Of a stretch of 64,000 nucleotides of DNA, positions 18,636 to 28,994 are shown one piece after another; positions within the stretch are counted from its first letter, which is position 1; every line of letters starts with the position of its first letter. The DNA is from an uncultured Holophaga sp. (GTDB taxonomy: Bacteria; Acidobacteriota; Holophagae; Holophagales; Holophagaceae). The position numbers and the translations under genes are program-made. The stretch covers positions 2,336,001-2,400,000 of the forward strand of contig OY761614.1 in the NCBI GenBank assembly GCA_963664825.1, given 5' to 3'. A model generated the notes under the pieces. That model was not told where the DNA came from. It did not search any database and was given only the letters and a program-made list of their open reading frames with translations.

Positions 18636-19592
18636 CTAACCCCTCACCCATTCTGGTCGCTTGCGGCCCCGCTTGCGGGCCAGATCGAGGGCCAGGGGCA
18701 GGGCCAGGAGGGCAGCGGCGGCCAGGAACCACGCGGCCAGGGGTTTGCCTTCGGAGGGTGCGTCCACGGGGAGGGCCGTCTTCTCGAGCTTATCGACGGC
18801 GGCTAGGGAGCGCTCGAGGCCCTGGGGGTCATCGGCGGCCAGGTATTCGCCGCCGGTGAGTAGCGCGATCTGGCGCAGGGCGTCGGGATCCGTATCCACC
18901 TTGAGCCGGGCGAAGCCGCCCCCATCGATGGGGTAGAGGCTTTCGCCCCCGGGCCTCCCGATGAGCATGGTGTGGATGCGGATGCCCTGGTTCTTGGCCT
19001 CCAGGGAGGCCTCTTGGCCTGTGACGCGGCCCCGGTTCTGGGCGCCATCCGTGAGCAGCAGGATCACCCGGCTGCGGGCGGGACTCTCGGAGAGGCGCCG
19101 CACGGCAGTCATCAGGGCGCTGCCCATGGCCGTGCCATCGTCCCGGCTATCGAGTTCCAGGCGTTCCAGCATGGTCCAGAGCCTCAGGTGATCGGCCGTG
19201 AGGGGACTGAGGGTGACGGGGTGGGCGCTGAAGAGCACAAGGGCGAAGCGGTCGTCGGGGCGCCCGGCGATGAAGGCCTTCAGCAGGCGGCGGGCGGCGC
19301 TCCAGCGGTCCTCCTTGCCATCGTCCAGGGCCTTCATGGAACTGGAACCGTCCAGCACCACGGCGAAATCCACCACCGGGGCCCGTCCCCGCACATGGGT
19401 CCGCCATTCGGGGCCGCTGGCTGCCAGCACCAGCAGGGCGGCCAGGAACACCGGGAGCACCCGGGCGGAGTGGCGCGCGAAGGAGGACGTGGGGCGTTCC
19501 TGGGGGATGCCCCAGCGATAGGGCGTGCGCAGCGTGGCCCAGATGGCGGGGATGAGAAAAAGCAACAGGTAGGGGTAGCGCAATTCAAACAT
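18636..19592 (-). CDS. VWA domain protein (BatA-like)
   Basis: DGSSSM, PLTAD, GTAMG and LLTDGAQN. Confidence 0.88.
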   Translation of the reverse strand: MFELRYPYLLLFLIPAIWATLRTPYRWGIPQERPTSSFARHSARVLPVFLAALLVLAASGPEWRTHVRGRAPVVDFAVVLDGSSSMKALDDGKEDRWSAARRLLKAFIAGRPDDRFALVLFSAHPVTLSPLTADHLRLWTMLERLELDSRDDGTAMGSALMTAVRRLSESPARSRVILLLTDGAQNRGRVTGQEASLEAKNQGIRIHTMLIGRPGGESLYPIDGGGFARLKVDTDPDALRQIALLTGGEYLAADDPQGLERSLAAVDKLEKTALPVDAPSEGKPLAAWFLAAAALLALPLALDLARKRGRKRPEWVRG

Positions 19593-20340
19593 GCTTCCCC
19601 TCCAACGGCTTCAGCAGCTCGGCCAGGGGCGGGAAGGGGGGCTCCGTGCGGCCGAAGCGGGCGGCGTCCAGGCTCTGCGCCCAGGTGGCCCAGGCGTCCA
19701 GTTGGCGCAGGCGGAATTCCGCGGCGCTCCAGCTCCTGGCCTCTTCCCCGAAGCGCGCCGCCAGGAGATCCCGGCCCTGGGCATGGGCCCGGTCCAGTGT
19801 CTCTCTCTGACCATCTGCAGGGGGCCAGTGGTGGGCGAACACTCGGCGGCTTTGATGGAATGCCCGTTTGGCGCCATTCTTCCGCCAGCGGTGGACGATC
19901 CAGGCCGCCAGCAGGGCGGGGGGGATGAGCAGGAGGCAGGCCCAGGCCCAGGGAAAGGGCAGGTAGGGCAGGATATCGTCCTGACCGCCGCCCACGCCCA
20001 TCCAGGGGGCGCCGAAGGGCACGGTGCGGGGCACCCGGAGGCGCAGTTCCGGCGAGCTGCGCCCGTCGCCGAAGTCCATGGGGGGGATCACGGCCCCGCC
20101 CGCGCGGAGGGCCTGCACCGTGAGCTTCCAGCCCCGGCCATCGGCCAGGGGCTCCACGCTGCGCAGTTCCAGCGGTCCCAGTTTTTCTTCCGCCGGGCGG
20201 GGAAGTGGGGGCTTGGCGGGATCCTCCTCCCGCAGTTCCAGGATCGCCAATTCTCCGAAGGCGATCTCCTGGGGAGCCTTCCAGACAGGGGAGGCCGAGA
20301 GGGCCAGGGTGCCGACCAGGGAGAGGATCAGGTGTCGCAT
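19585..20340 (-). CDS. exported/membrane protein of the Bat-like cluster
   Basis: Signal peptide MRHLILSL and one TM helix; overlaps both neighbours. Confidence 0.7.
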   Translation of the reverse strand: MRHLILSLVGTLALSASPVWKAPQEIAFGELAILELREEDPAKPPLPRPAEEKLGPLELRSVEPLADGRGWKLTVQALRAGGAVIPPMDFGDGRSSPELRLRVPRTVPFGAPWMGVGGGQDDILPYLPFPWAWACLLLIPPALLAAWIVHRWRKNGAKRAFHQSRRVFAHHWPPADGQRETLDRAHAQGRDLLAARFGEEARSWSAAEFRLRQLDAWATWAQSLDAARFGRTEPPFPPLAELLKPLEGKHV

Positions 20341-21104
20341 TAGGCCCCTCCTCCCTTGAGCCAGGCGCCCAGCTTCAGCACGGGATCGGCGCAGAGATCC
20401 CAGTTCTGGCGCTCCACGGTGCCCGGGAAACCGGGATCGGGCCAATTGGGGGCGTGGCGCTGATGGGGATTCTCCGGGCGGAACCACACGACCCGGTGGC
20501 GGGCGGCCAGGGGCTTCAACAGGGGAGCCAGGCCCTGGAGGCCAGCGCCATTGCTGAGGATCCAGAGGCGATGCCCCTTGCCGTGTTCGCCCCATCGCCC
20601 CAGGGCCTCCAGCCAACCCTCGGGCGTGGGGATGGAGGGGCCCCGCTCGGCGAGAGCCTCCAACACCTTCAAACCGGCCACACGGCCCCGCTTGGGGGCC
20701 AGGCGCAGGGCGGGCAGGCGGCCGTCCCCGGGCACCAAGAGGCCCAGGCGATCGTTTCCCGCATTGAGGGTAGCCATGGCCGCGCCCGCGATCTCCAGGG
20801 CCCAGCGCATGGGCGTCACGGGATCCCCCAGGAACATGGAGGGGGAGGGATCCACCACCAGCCACAGGATCAGTTCCCGGCTGGATTCGAAGCGCTTCAC
20901 GATGGGTTCCCCCACCCGGGCCGTCAGGGGCCAGTTGATGGTGCGGGGATCGTCTCCCGGCACGTAGGGCCGATTTTCCACGAAGGTGAGGCCCGAACCC
21001 TTGAGCTTGCTGGGGTGCAGCCCCTCCGTGCCCCCTGTCAGCACACGCCGCAGCCGCAGCGGCAGGCGCCGCAGGCGAGCGAGGAAGCGAGTGGGCAACG
21101 GCAT
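20340..21104 (-). CDS. DUF58 domain protein
   Basis: GSGLTF.E.RPYVPGDDPRTINW..TAR and VDPSPSM. Confidence 0.92.
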   Translation of the reverse strand: MPLPTRFLARLRRLPLRLRRVLTGGTEGLHPSKLKGSGLTFVENRPYVPGDDPRTINWPLTARVGEPIVKRFESSRELILWLVVDPSPSMFLGDPVTPMRWALEIAGAAMATLNAGNDRLGLLVPGDGRLPALRLAPKRGRVAGLKVLEALAERGPSIPTPEGWLEALGRWGEHGKGHRLWILSNGAGLQGLAPLLKPLAARHRVVWFRPENPHQRHAPNWPDPGFPGTVERQNWDLCADPVLKLGAWLKGGGA

Positions 21105-21111
21105 GGAGCTA

Positions 21112-22794
21112 TTATTCCGGCAAGTGCAGGTTCCCGAGGCCGGAAACGTAGCCGCCGATGGGGGTGCGGATCAGGGTGGAAAGAAACACCACGCCGCTGG
21201 CTTTCGAATCCAATTTCAGGGGCCAGGTGCGCACGCCCGGGGTGGGACCCTCTTGGTAGACAGTGCTATCGGGAAGGAGCGTGATCTTCACCTTGTCGCT
21301 GGCTGCCTTCAGCTCACGATCCTGGAGCTCCACCTGCACGGGCTCCTCTGTATCGTTGGAAATCTCGAAGCGCTCCCGGAGCGTCCATTGGGTTTCCTTG
21401 GTGAAGGTCCCCACCATTTCCTTCTTCGCGTCCAGGCGCTGGAGAGCGACCCGCACGCCACGGAAAGGGCCGAAACCGAGCTGCAAGGGCTTTCCGGGGG
21501 TGGGGATTTCCAGGCTGGCGAGGCCCACGCGCTGGGTGCCCGCGAAGTGTACGACAGGTGCGCCGGGGAAGAGGGGAATGCCGCTGGGCACGGTGAACCG
21601 AGCCACGCGGTAGACCGTCGGGTCCAGACGGGGCACTGTCACAAGCGCCAGGGTGGGATCCATCTCCCGGGAAAGCACCCGGAAACGATGGGGCTCGTTA
21701 TCCGCAGGAACTTCCTTGTCGCCCTCCATGGACCATGTGGCCGCAAGGCCCTGGGCTTCTTCCACGGGGCGGGCTTCCACTGGCGCGGCGTCTGCGATGA
21801 AGGAGTTCTGTGCGACCGCCGGCGCAGAGAGTTCAGACGAGGCCACGACTTCGACGACGGCGGATGCGGAGTTGGTTTTGGCACTGCCTCGGGACCGGGT
21901 GTAGGGGGGATTTTCGCTGTAGGTGACGTTCTGGGGACCGGCGAAGGCGGCCAGGGTGAGGCTTCGGCTGGCGCGGGTATTGGTGATTTCCAGGTGAACG
22001 CCGTTCCAGTCTTCACCACTGTTTTGGCGAATGGAGGCGAAAAGGATCAGTTCGACTTTCTTCCCATCCTGCGCAAGGCGAGCCTCGTAGGCGGGCTCCC
22101 ATCGGGCTTGACGGGTGCGATAAGTAAGTTCCACTTCCACGTCTCCCGCCTTGGGTGTGGAAATTTCCACAAGGGCGCGAGCAGGACTGGTCGTGCGTTC
22201 GGCGGCTCGCTGGTAAAGCTCCTGATCCATCCGGCTAGCCTCTCCCCTCAACTTCTCCAGTTCGTGCTCCCGCTTGCGATCCCGAGTCAGGATCTCGGCG
22301 AGGCGTGACTGGATGCCCTTGCTCAGCTCCACCACTGCCGCTGCGCCGGGCAGTGCGTAGGTCATGTGCCCGGAGAGTTCCTTGTCGTGGGCCGCCTGGA
22401 GGTTCTTCAGGAAGGAAAGCTCTTGGGTCAGGGCCTCGCCTTCGGCATCGAGGGCGTCCTGCCGGTCCCGGAGTTCCTCGCGTTCCCTCTTGAGGGTTTG
22501 GTATTCCGGCGTTTCCGTCACCTTGCGCACTTCCGAACCCATGCTCAGGTCGCCGAGACGGGAGCCCTGGGGGCCCTTGGCACTGACCCGCACGTCTTCC
22601 ATGCCCAGGCCCGCAGGCAGTTCCCTGAATAGCAACCGATGGACGCCGGGTGATGTGACATGGATCTTCCCCACCCGCGTCACCCAGGCCTCGTCGGGAT
22701 GGAGGCGCACACGCTGGATGGGCGCCGTGAGGGGCAGGGGCGCCTCGGCCAGGAGGCAGAGGGAGACAAGGGGAAACAGGGCGGAAATGTGCAT
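21112..22794 (-). CDS. DUF4140/DUF4139 (MuiA-like) protein
   Basis: AWVTR N-terminus, coiled coil, ARWEPAYEARL and QNSGEDW. Confidence 0.85.
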   Translation of the reverse strand: MHISALFPLVSLCLLAEAPLPLTAPIQRVRLHPDEAWVTRVGKIHVTSPGVHRLLFRELPAGLGMEDVRVSAKGPQGSRLGDLSMGSEVRKVTETPEYQTLKREREELRDRQDALDAEGEALTQELSFLKNLQAAHDKELSGHMTYALPGAAAVVELSKGIQSRLAEILTRDRKREHELEKLRGEASRMDQELYQRAAERTTSPARALVEISTPKAGDVEVELTYRTRQARWEPAYEARLAQDGKKVELILFASIRQNSGEDWNGVHLEITNTRASRSLTLAAFAGPQNVTYSENPPYTRSRGSAKTNSASAVVEVVASSELSAPAVAQNSFIADAAPVEARPVEEAQGLAATWSMEGDKEVPADNEPHRFRVLSREMDPTLALVTVPRLDPTVYRVARFTVPSGIPLFPGAPVVHFAGTQRVGLASLEIPTPGKPLQLGFGPFRGVRVALQRLDAKKEMVGTFTKETQWTLRERFEISNDTEEPVQVELQDRELKAASDKVKITLLPDSTVYQEGPTPGVRTWPLKLDSKASGVVFLSTLIRTPIGGYVSGLGNLHLPE

Positions 22795-22845
22795 GGGATC
22801 TCACGAATGGGTTGTCCCAGTCTACCCTTGTCGGGAGGTACGACC

Positions 22846-23610
22846 ATGGGGAAGGGCGGGTACACATTCACAGTTCTGGCTCTGGCCCTGGGCCTGGCTG
22901 GTTGCCGCGCTCCATCCCCCCGTCCTCCCGCGTCCCATCTGCCTAGGGCGTCCTCGCCGGTGGCGCCCCTGCAGCGCTTCGGCTACACCATCCAGGCCGG
23001 GGCCTTCGCTCACGTGGAGAACGCGGCGCGTCTGGCTTCAAGGTTGCAGGGGCAGGGGCTGGAGGCCACCTACATGCCGACGCCTTCCGGGCTCTACCGG
23101 GTGCGCTTCGGGGATTTCAAGACCCGGGAGGCCGCCCGGCAAAGGGCCGAGGCCCTCAAGGCCTCCGGCATCATCGACGCCTTCTGGGTGGTTTCCCTCG
23201 AGGAACAGCCCGCCGCGCGCCTGGGCCGGGAGATCCCGGCCCTGCGCCGCAGCCTCCTGGAGACGGCCCGGAGCTTCCTGGGCGTGCCCTATCTGTGGGG
23301 GGGCAGCTCGGAGCAGGGCTTCGATTGCAGCGGCCTGGCCAAGGCCGTCTACCAGCTGAACGGGTTGCGCCTGCCCCGGTCCTCCCAGGACCAATGCGAT
23401 GCCGGGCGCCCCGTGGCGTTCCGGGAACTCCAGGTGGGGGATCTGGTCTTTTTCGCCATGAACGGCGGGAGCCGCGCCTCCCATGTGGGTGTCTACGCCG
23501 GGGACGGGACCTTCATCCACGCCCCCAAGCGCGGGCGGAAGGTTTGCGTGGAGAGCCTTTCGGCCAGCGGCTTCCGGGAGAGGTTCCTGGGCGGGCGGAG
23601 CTACGTCTGA
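22846..23610 (+). CDS. SPOR plus NlpC/P60 peptidoglycan hydrolase lipoprotein
   Basis: Lipobox LAGC; IQAGAF SPOR motif; YLWGG...FDCSG and HVG. Confidence 0.9.
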   Translation: MGKGGYTFTVLALALGLAGCRAPSPRPPASHLPRASSPVAPLQRFGYTIQAGAFAHVENAARLASRLQGQGLEATYMPTPSGLYRVRFGDFKTREAARQRAEALKASGIIDAFWVVSLEEQPAARLGREIPALRRSLLETARSFLGVPYLWGGSSEQGFDCSGLAKAVYQLNGLRLPRSSQDQCDAGRPVAFRELQVGDLVFFAMNGGSRASHVGVYAGDGTFIHAPKRGRKVCVESLSASGFRERFLGGRSYV

Positions 23611-23679
23611 GGACTTCCGAGTTTGAGCGCGAAAAATGGACAGCCGCTGGCAGAATAGGAGCATTCCTCCGGAGCCTCC

Positions 23680-24339
23680 ATGCTGCATGTCCATGTGCCC
23701 GATTCGCTCAAGCATTTCTGGAAACATATGCTCGCCACCTTCCTGGGACTCCTCATGGCCCTGGGCATGGAGAGCTGGCACCAGGAACACCACCGGAAGG
23801 CCGTGGCCCGCGAGGCCCTGGAATCGGTGCAGGCGGAGATCCGGAGCAACCTGGATTACCTGAAGCGGTTGGCTGATGACCAGCGGGACGCCCCCGAGCG
23901 CCTGCAGAAGGCCATCGGTCTGCTGGAGTCCCTCCAGGACGCCCGGGCGGCCCGCCGATCCTGGAAGCTTCCCGAGATCACACTGAACCTCCATCTCTCG
24001 CACAATTCGGGGGCCTTCCGGACCGCCGCCTGGAACATGGCCCTGGCCTCCCAGTCGGTCCAGCGCTTTCCCAAGGGAAAGGCGGAGTCCCTCACGGCCT
24101 TCTACGAGGACCTGAAGCGCTTCCAGGCCTTCCTGGACCAGCCCGCGGACTACTCGGCCAGCATCGCCATCGGGGATGTCACCTCGGCCGAGGATTTCGA
24201 GGCCCGCCTCAAGAGGCTGGACCCGGAGGATCTGCGCCAGCTCATCTGGAAGTTCCGGGAGCTCAGCGTGCGCTCCAATATCGGTTGCCAATGGGCCGAG
24301 GGGCTGGTCCTTGAGGCGGACAAGGTTTCCGCCCACTGA
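23680..24339 (+). CDS. hypothetical protein with an N-terminal TM helix
   Basis: GGAG RBS; typical codon bias; ATFLGLLMAL. Confidence 0.7.
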   Translation: MLHVHVPDSLKHFWKHMLATFLGLLMALGMESWHQEHHRKAVAREALESVQAEIRSNLDYLKRLADDQRDAPERLQKAIGLLESLQDARAARRSWKLPEITLNLHLSHNSGAFRTAAWNMALASQSVQRFPKGKAESLTAFYEDLKRFQAFLDQPADYSASIAIGDVTSAEDFEARLKRLDPEDLRQLIWKFRELSVRSNIGCQWAEGLVLEADKVSAH

Positions 24340-24394
24340 ACAAAGCCGCGAGCGGGGTAGCCCGCTCACGGCATGCAGGGTTTGGAATCCGGGT

Positions 24395-24955
24395 TCAGAC
24401 CTTGGCTACTTCGGCAGCCTTCGCCTTGCCCTTCTTGAGATACTTCTCGAGGATGAGGCTGGCCTCGGCGGGGGAGACGGGGCCATAGACCTGATCGTCC
24501 ACCATGATGACGGGGGCCAGGCCGCAGGTGCCCAGGCAGCGGGTGCTCTCCAGGGAGAACATCATGTCCTTGGTGGTTTCGCCGAACTGGATGCCCAGCA
24601 CGTCCATGAGGCGCGCGCTGAGTTTATCGGCGCCCTTCACGTAGCAGGCTGTGCCCAGGCACACGTTGACGATGTGCTTGCCCCGAGGTTGCAGCCGGAA
24701 GTAGTGGTAGAAGGTGGCCACGCCCGTCACTTTCGCGAAGGGGATCTGGGCCAACTGGGCCACGGCATGCATCTGGTCGGGGCCCAGGTAGCCGAAGTGG
24801 CCCTGGACCAAGTGCAGGATGGCGATGAGCTGGCTCTCGGAATGCGTGCTCTTCGCGTTCTGCTCGATGTAGGCAATGATGTGCTCGGGCAGGAACTCCT
24901 GGCAGGCGGCCTTCACTTCCTCCCAGTTGTCGGTATTGGCGACGGCGTGGCTCAT
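24395..24955 (-). CDS. NuoE-like [2Fe-2S] subunit of the bifurcating hydrogenase (HydC/HndA-type)
   Basis: VCLGTACYVKG and RCLGTCGLAP. Confidence 0.93.
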   Translation of the reverse strand: MSHAVANTDNWEEVKAACQEFLPEHIIAYIEQNAKSTHSESQLIAILHLVQGHFGYLGPDQMHAVAQLAQIPFAKVTGVATFYHYFRLQPRGKHIVNVCLGTACYVKGADKLSARLMDVLGIQFGETTKDMMFSLESTRCLGTCGLAPVIMVDDQVYGPVSPAEASLILEKYLKKGKAKAAEVAKV

Positions 24956-26718
24956 CGGATCCCCCTCGGCATGCGGGCTTCGTAGTGGGTGTGCAGCAAC
25001 TGGTGGGCCTTCTCGCCATTGGGCTCGCCCAAAAATTCAGTGTAGAGGTGCTCGATGGCCGGGTTCTCGTGGGAGCGGCGCAGCTGCTTGCCGGCGTCGA
25101 TGTCGTAGAGGGCCTTGGCGCGGGTGCGGGCGGTCTCGGGATCCAGGGGATCATGATCCAGGGGCGGATAGGGCTGGCCCCCTCCCATGATGCAGCCGCC
25201 GGGGCAGGCCATGATCTCGATGAGGTGGTACTGCTTTTCGCCCTTCTTCACCGCATCGAGGATGTGCTTGGCATTGGTGAGGCCGTTGGAGACGGCGATA
25301 TTGATATCCATGCCATTGACCCGCAGGGTGGCTTCCTTCAGGCCCGTGACGCCTCGGACTTCCTCGAAGACCAGGGGACCCAGTTCCTCGCCGGTGAGCT
25401 TCACGACCGCCGTGCGCAGGGCGGCTTCCATCACGCCGCCGGTGGCGCCGAAGATATCGGCGGCGCCCGAGGAGATGCCCAGGGGCCGGTCGAATTCGCC
25501 GCTGGGCAGATCGTTGAAATCGATGCCGTAGGACTTGATCATCCAGGCCAGTTCGCGGGTGGTGAGCACGGCATCGGTGTAAGGTGTGCCATCGGCCATG
25601 GTGTGCTCGGGGCGGGCCGCTTCGAACTTCTTGGCCACGCAGGGCATGATGGCCACCACGTAGATGTCCTTGGGATCGATGCCCTTCTTCTCGGCGTAGT
25701 AGCTCTTGATGAGCGAACTCATCATCTGCATGGGGGACTTGCAGCTGGAACAGTTGGGGATCATCTCCGGGTAGAACTTCTCCAGGAAGTTCACCCAGCC
25801 TGGGCTGCAGCTGGTGAGCAGGGGCAGGTTCTCGCCCTTCTGAACCCGGTTGAGGAATTCCGTGGCCTCCTCGATGATGGTGAGGTCAGCGCTGAAGTTG
25901 GTATCGAAGACCTCGTCGAAGCCCATGCGGCGCAGGGCGGTCACCAGTTTGCCCGTCACGGGTGTGCCCATGGGCAGACCGAAGGCCTCCCCCAGGGTGG
26001 CGCGGATGGCGGGAGCCACCTGGACCACCACGTGTTTGACGTCCCGGGGCATGGCCAGGGCTGCCCAGACGCGCTCCGTGTGATCCTTTTCCAGGAAGGC
26101 GGCGGTGGGGCAGACGGCTACGCACTGGCCGCACTGGATGCAGACCGAATCATCCATGTTGCAGAGATTGGCCGGGCCCACGGCGGTATGGAAGCCGCGG
26201 CCGTGCTGGCTGAGGTTGGAGACGCCCTGCACCTCGGAGCACACGCGCACGCAGCGACCACAGAGGATGCACTTCTCGGGGGTGCGGATCACGCTCTGGC
26301 CCGAATCATCGATGGGGAAGTGCTTGCGCTCCCCGCTGAAGAGCCGCTCCCGGACGCCCAGGCGGTAGGCCTGCTTCTGCAGCTCGCAGTTGCCGTCCCG
26401 CTCGCAGGTCTGGCAATCCGTGGGGTGGTTGTCGAGCAACAGCTCGACGATGTCGCGCCGGGCCTGGCGGATCTCGGGACTATTGGTCTGGACCTCCATC
26501 CCCTCCCACACTTCCTGGGAACAGGCGGTGAGGAAGTGGTTGAAGCCCTTGACCTGGGTCACGCAGACGCGGCAGGCCCCCTCGATGCTGAGGTTGGGGT
26601 GGTAGCAGAGGCGGGGGATATTGATCCCGAGCTTTTCGGCCGCCTTGAGCAGGGTGGTTCCCGCGGGCACCTGGAGGGGTTCGCCGTCGATGGTGAGGTT
26701 GATCATCTTGTCGATCAT
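24952..26718 (-). CDS. hydA: [FeFe]-hydrogenase group A catalytic subunit (HydA/HndD-type)
   Basis: H-cluster motifs TSCSPGW, MPCVAKKFE and EIMACPGGCIMGGGQP; N-terminal FeS domains. Confidence 0.95.
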   Translation of the reverse strand: MIDKMINLTIDGEPLQVPAGTTLLKAAEKLGINIPRLCYHPNLSIEGACRVCVTQVKGFNHFLTACSQEVWEGMEVQTNSPEIRQARRDIVELLLDNHPTDCQTCERDGNCELQKQAYRLGVRERLFSGERKHFPIDDSGQSVIRTPEKCILCGRCVRVCSEVQGVSNLSQHGRGFHTAVGPANLCNMDDSVCIQCGQCVAVCPTAAFLEKDHTERVWAALAMPRDVKHVVVQVAPAIRATLGEAFGLPMGTPVTGKLVTALRRMGFDEVFDTNFSADLTIIEEATEFLNRVQKGENLPLLTSCSPGWVNFLEKFYPEMIPNCSSCKSPMQMMSSLIKSYYAEKKGIDPKDIYVVAIMPCVAKKFEAARPEHTMADGTPYTDAVLTTRELAWMIKSYGIDFNDLPSGEFDRPLGISSGAADIFGATGGVMEAALRTAVVKLTGEELGPLVFEEVRGVTGLKEATLRVNGMDINIAVSNGLTNAKHILDAVKKGEKQYHLIEIMACPGGCIMGGGQPYPPLDHDPLDPETARTRAKALYDIDAGKQLRRSHENPAIEHLYTEFLGEPNGEKAHQLLHTHYEARMPRGIR

Positions 26719-26756
26719 CGTTTCATTCCTGGGTTCGTGCTGCGTTGGGCCAAGGT

Positions 26757-28937
26757 TCACGCGCGCTCGACGGCGTCGAAGCGGCAGACTTCGAAGCACT
26801 GGCCGCATTTCACGCAGCGGTCCTGATCGATGACATGGGCTTCTTTGCGGGTGCCGTTGATGCACTCGACCGGGCAGTTGCGGGCGCACACGGTGCATCC
26901 GATGCAGGTCTCGGCGTTGATCTGATACTTGATGAGGGCCACACACTTCTTGGCCTTGCAGCGCTTGTCCACGATGTGCTCGAGGTATTCCTCCCTAAAG
27001 TGCTTGAGAGAGGAGAGCACCGGGTTGGGTGCGGCCCGGCCCAGGCCGCAGAGGCTGGTCTGCTGGCAGAGTTTGGCCAGGCGCTCCAGGCGATCGAGGT
27101 CGCCCATCTCGCCCTTGCCGGAGGTGATCTTCTGGAGGATCTCCAGCATGCGCGTGGTGCCTTCGCGGCAGGGCGTGCACTTGCCGCAGCTCTCCTCCTG
27201 GATGAAGGTGAGGTAGAACTTGGAGATATCGACCATGCAGTCCTCTTCGGAGAGCACGATCATGCCGCCGGAACCCATGATGGAACCGGCCTTGGCCAGG
27301 GGGCCGAAGTCCACTTCCATGTCGATCCACTTGGCGGGAATGAAGCCGCCGGCCGGGCCGCCGGTCTGGATGGCCTTGAGGGGCAGATCGTCCTGGACGC
27401 CGCCGCCGATATCGAAGACCACCTTGCGCAGGGAGGTGCCCAGGGGCACTTCCACCAGGCCCGTATGCTTGACCTTTCCGGCCAGGGCGAAGACCTTGGT
27501 CCCGCCGGATTCTTCCGTGCCGATGGAGGCGAACCAATCGCCGCCATAGTTGATGATGGGCGGGATATTGGCGAAGGTCTCCACGTTGTTGATGGAGGTG
27601 GGCTTGTCCCAGAGTCCGCGCACCACGGGGTAGGGAGGACGCACTTTCGGCTGGCCGCGCTCGCCCTCGATGGAGCGGATGAGGGCGGTTTCCTCGCCAC
27701 AGACGAAGGCACCGGCCCCCAGGCGGATCTCCAGATCGAAGCTCCAGCCCGAACCCATCACGTTTTCGCCCAGGATGCCCGCCTCGCGGCACTTGTTGAT
27801 GGCATTCTGGATCCGCTTGATGGCCAGCGGATACTCGGCGCGGATGTAGTAGAAGCCGCGGCAGGCGCCAATGGCGTAGGCGCCGATCATCATGCCTTCC
27901 ATGACGCCGAAGGGATCGGATTCCAGCATCCCGCGGTCCATGAAGGCGCCCGGATCACCCTCGTCGCCGTTGCAGATGATGTAGCGGGTCTTCTCGGGCT
28001 GCTGGCTGGCCATCTGCCACTTCTTGCCGGTGAGGAAGCCGCCACCTCCACGGCCTCGCAGCCGGGCCTTCAGCACCTCGTTGATGACCCATTCCGGGTC
28101 GCTCTTGCCGAGGCAGGTGGCCAGGGCCTTGAAGCCGCCGAACTTGACGTACTCGTCCAGGCTATCGGGGTCCAGGATGCCGCTATTGCGCATGGCCACG
28201 CGGCTCTGGCGATTGAAGAAGGAGACGTCCCCGTAGAGATCGAAGAACTCCTGGTAGATGGGCTTATCGGTCACCTTGAGGGCGGGTACTTCCTCGCCCT
28301 TGAGGACCTGTTTCTGGATGAGTTCCTCCAGGTCGGATTCGCTGCTGACCCGGTAGATGACCCGGAAGGGCCTCACCAGCACATGGACGTGTCCGCCGCG
28401 CTTGCCCTGGCAGGCGCCGAAGCAGCTGGCGCTGGTGATGCGGACCCTGTTCTCGGCGACACCGGCTTCCTGCAGCTTGCGCTGGAAGACCTCGCGGAAA
28501 TTGATCTGGGCCTCCACACCGCAGCGCTTGCCCTCGCAGAAGATGAACTCGATCTGCTGATCGGGGTCGATGGAGCCGTCCAGGATCTGCTCGGCCAGGG
28601 GCAGGCCCTTCTGGACATGGTTGGTGAAGATCTTGTGCACCACGTCCCGGTTGACGCGCTCGTATTTGACGGGCATCTTGCCGGGCACGCTGACGCCCAC
28701 GATGGGTTCCTTGCTGCACCGCCCCGTGCAGCCTGTGCGGTGGATGACCACATCCTCCCGACCCGAGGACTGGATGTGTTTGAGGAATTCGTCCATCACG
28801 TCCACGGCGCCAGCGGCGTTCTCGCAGGTGGCCGAACCGACCTGGATCACGATCTTGCCGGCGTCGCCGCGTTCGGAGAGCGCCTGGGCGGCCCTTTCCG
28901 TCAGCGCCTTGTAGAACTCAGTCACCTGGTTTGGCAT
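26757..28937 (-). CDS. NuoF-like diaphorase subunit (HydB/HndC-type) with extra N-terminal thioredoxin-like FeS domains
   Basis: LRGRGGGGF, CNGDEGDPGAFMDR, GAFVCGEET, ESCGKCTPCREG and C-terminal 2x[4Fe-4S]. Confidence 0.93.
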   Translation of the reverse strand: MPNQVTEFYKALTERAAQALSERGDAGKIVIQVGSATCENAAGAVDVMDEFLKHIQSSGREDVVIHRTGCTGRCSKEPIVGVSVPGKMPVKYERVNRDVVHKIFTNHVQKGLPLAEQILDGSIDPDQQIEFIFCEGKRCGVEAQINFREVFQRKLQEAGVAENRVRITSASCFGACQGKRGGHVHVLVRPFRVIYRVSSESDLEELIQKQVLKGEEVPALKVTDKPIYQEFFDLYGDVSFFNRQSRVAMRNSGILDPDSLDEYVKFGGFKALATCLGKSDPEWVINEVLKARLRGRGGGGFLTGKKWQMASQQPEKTRYIICNGDEGDPGAFMDRGMLESDPFGVMEGMMIGAYAIGACRGFYYIRAEYPLAIKRIQNAINKCREAGILGENVMGSGWSFDLEIRLGAGAFVCGEETALIRSIEGERGQPKVRPPYPVVRGLWDKPTSINNVETFANIPPIINYGGDWFASIGTEESGGTKVFALAGKVKHTGLVEVPLGTSLRKVVFDIGGGVQDDLPLKAIQTGGPAGGFIPAKWIDMEVDFGPLAKAGSIMGSGGMIVLSEEDCMVDISKFYLTFIQEESCGKCTPCREGTTRMLEILQKITSGKGEMGDLDRLERLAKLCQQTSLCGLGRAAPNPVLSSLKHFREEYLEHIVDKRCKAKKCVALIKYQINAETCIGCTVCARNCPVECINGTRKEAHVIDQDRCVKCGQCFEVCRFDAVERA

Positions 28938-28994
28938 GTGGGCTCCATGGATTCTCGGGAGGAGACGGGCAGCGCCCGTGAGAGTTAAAAATGT

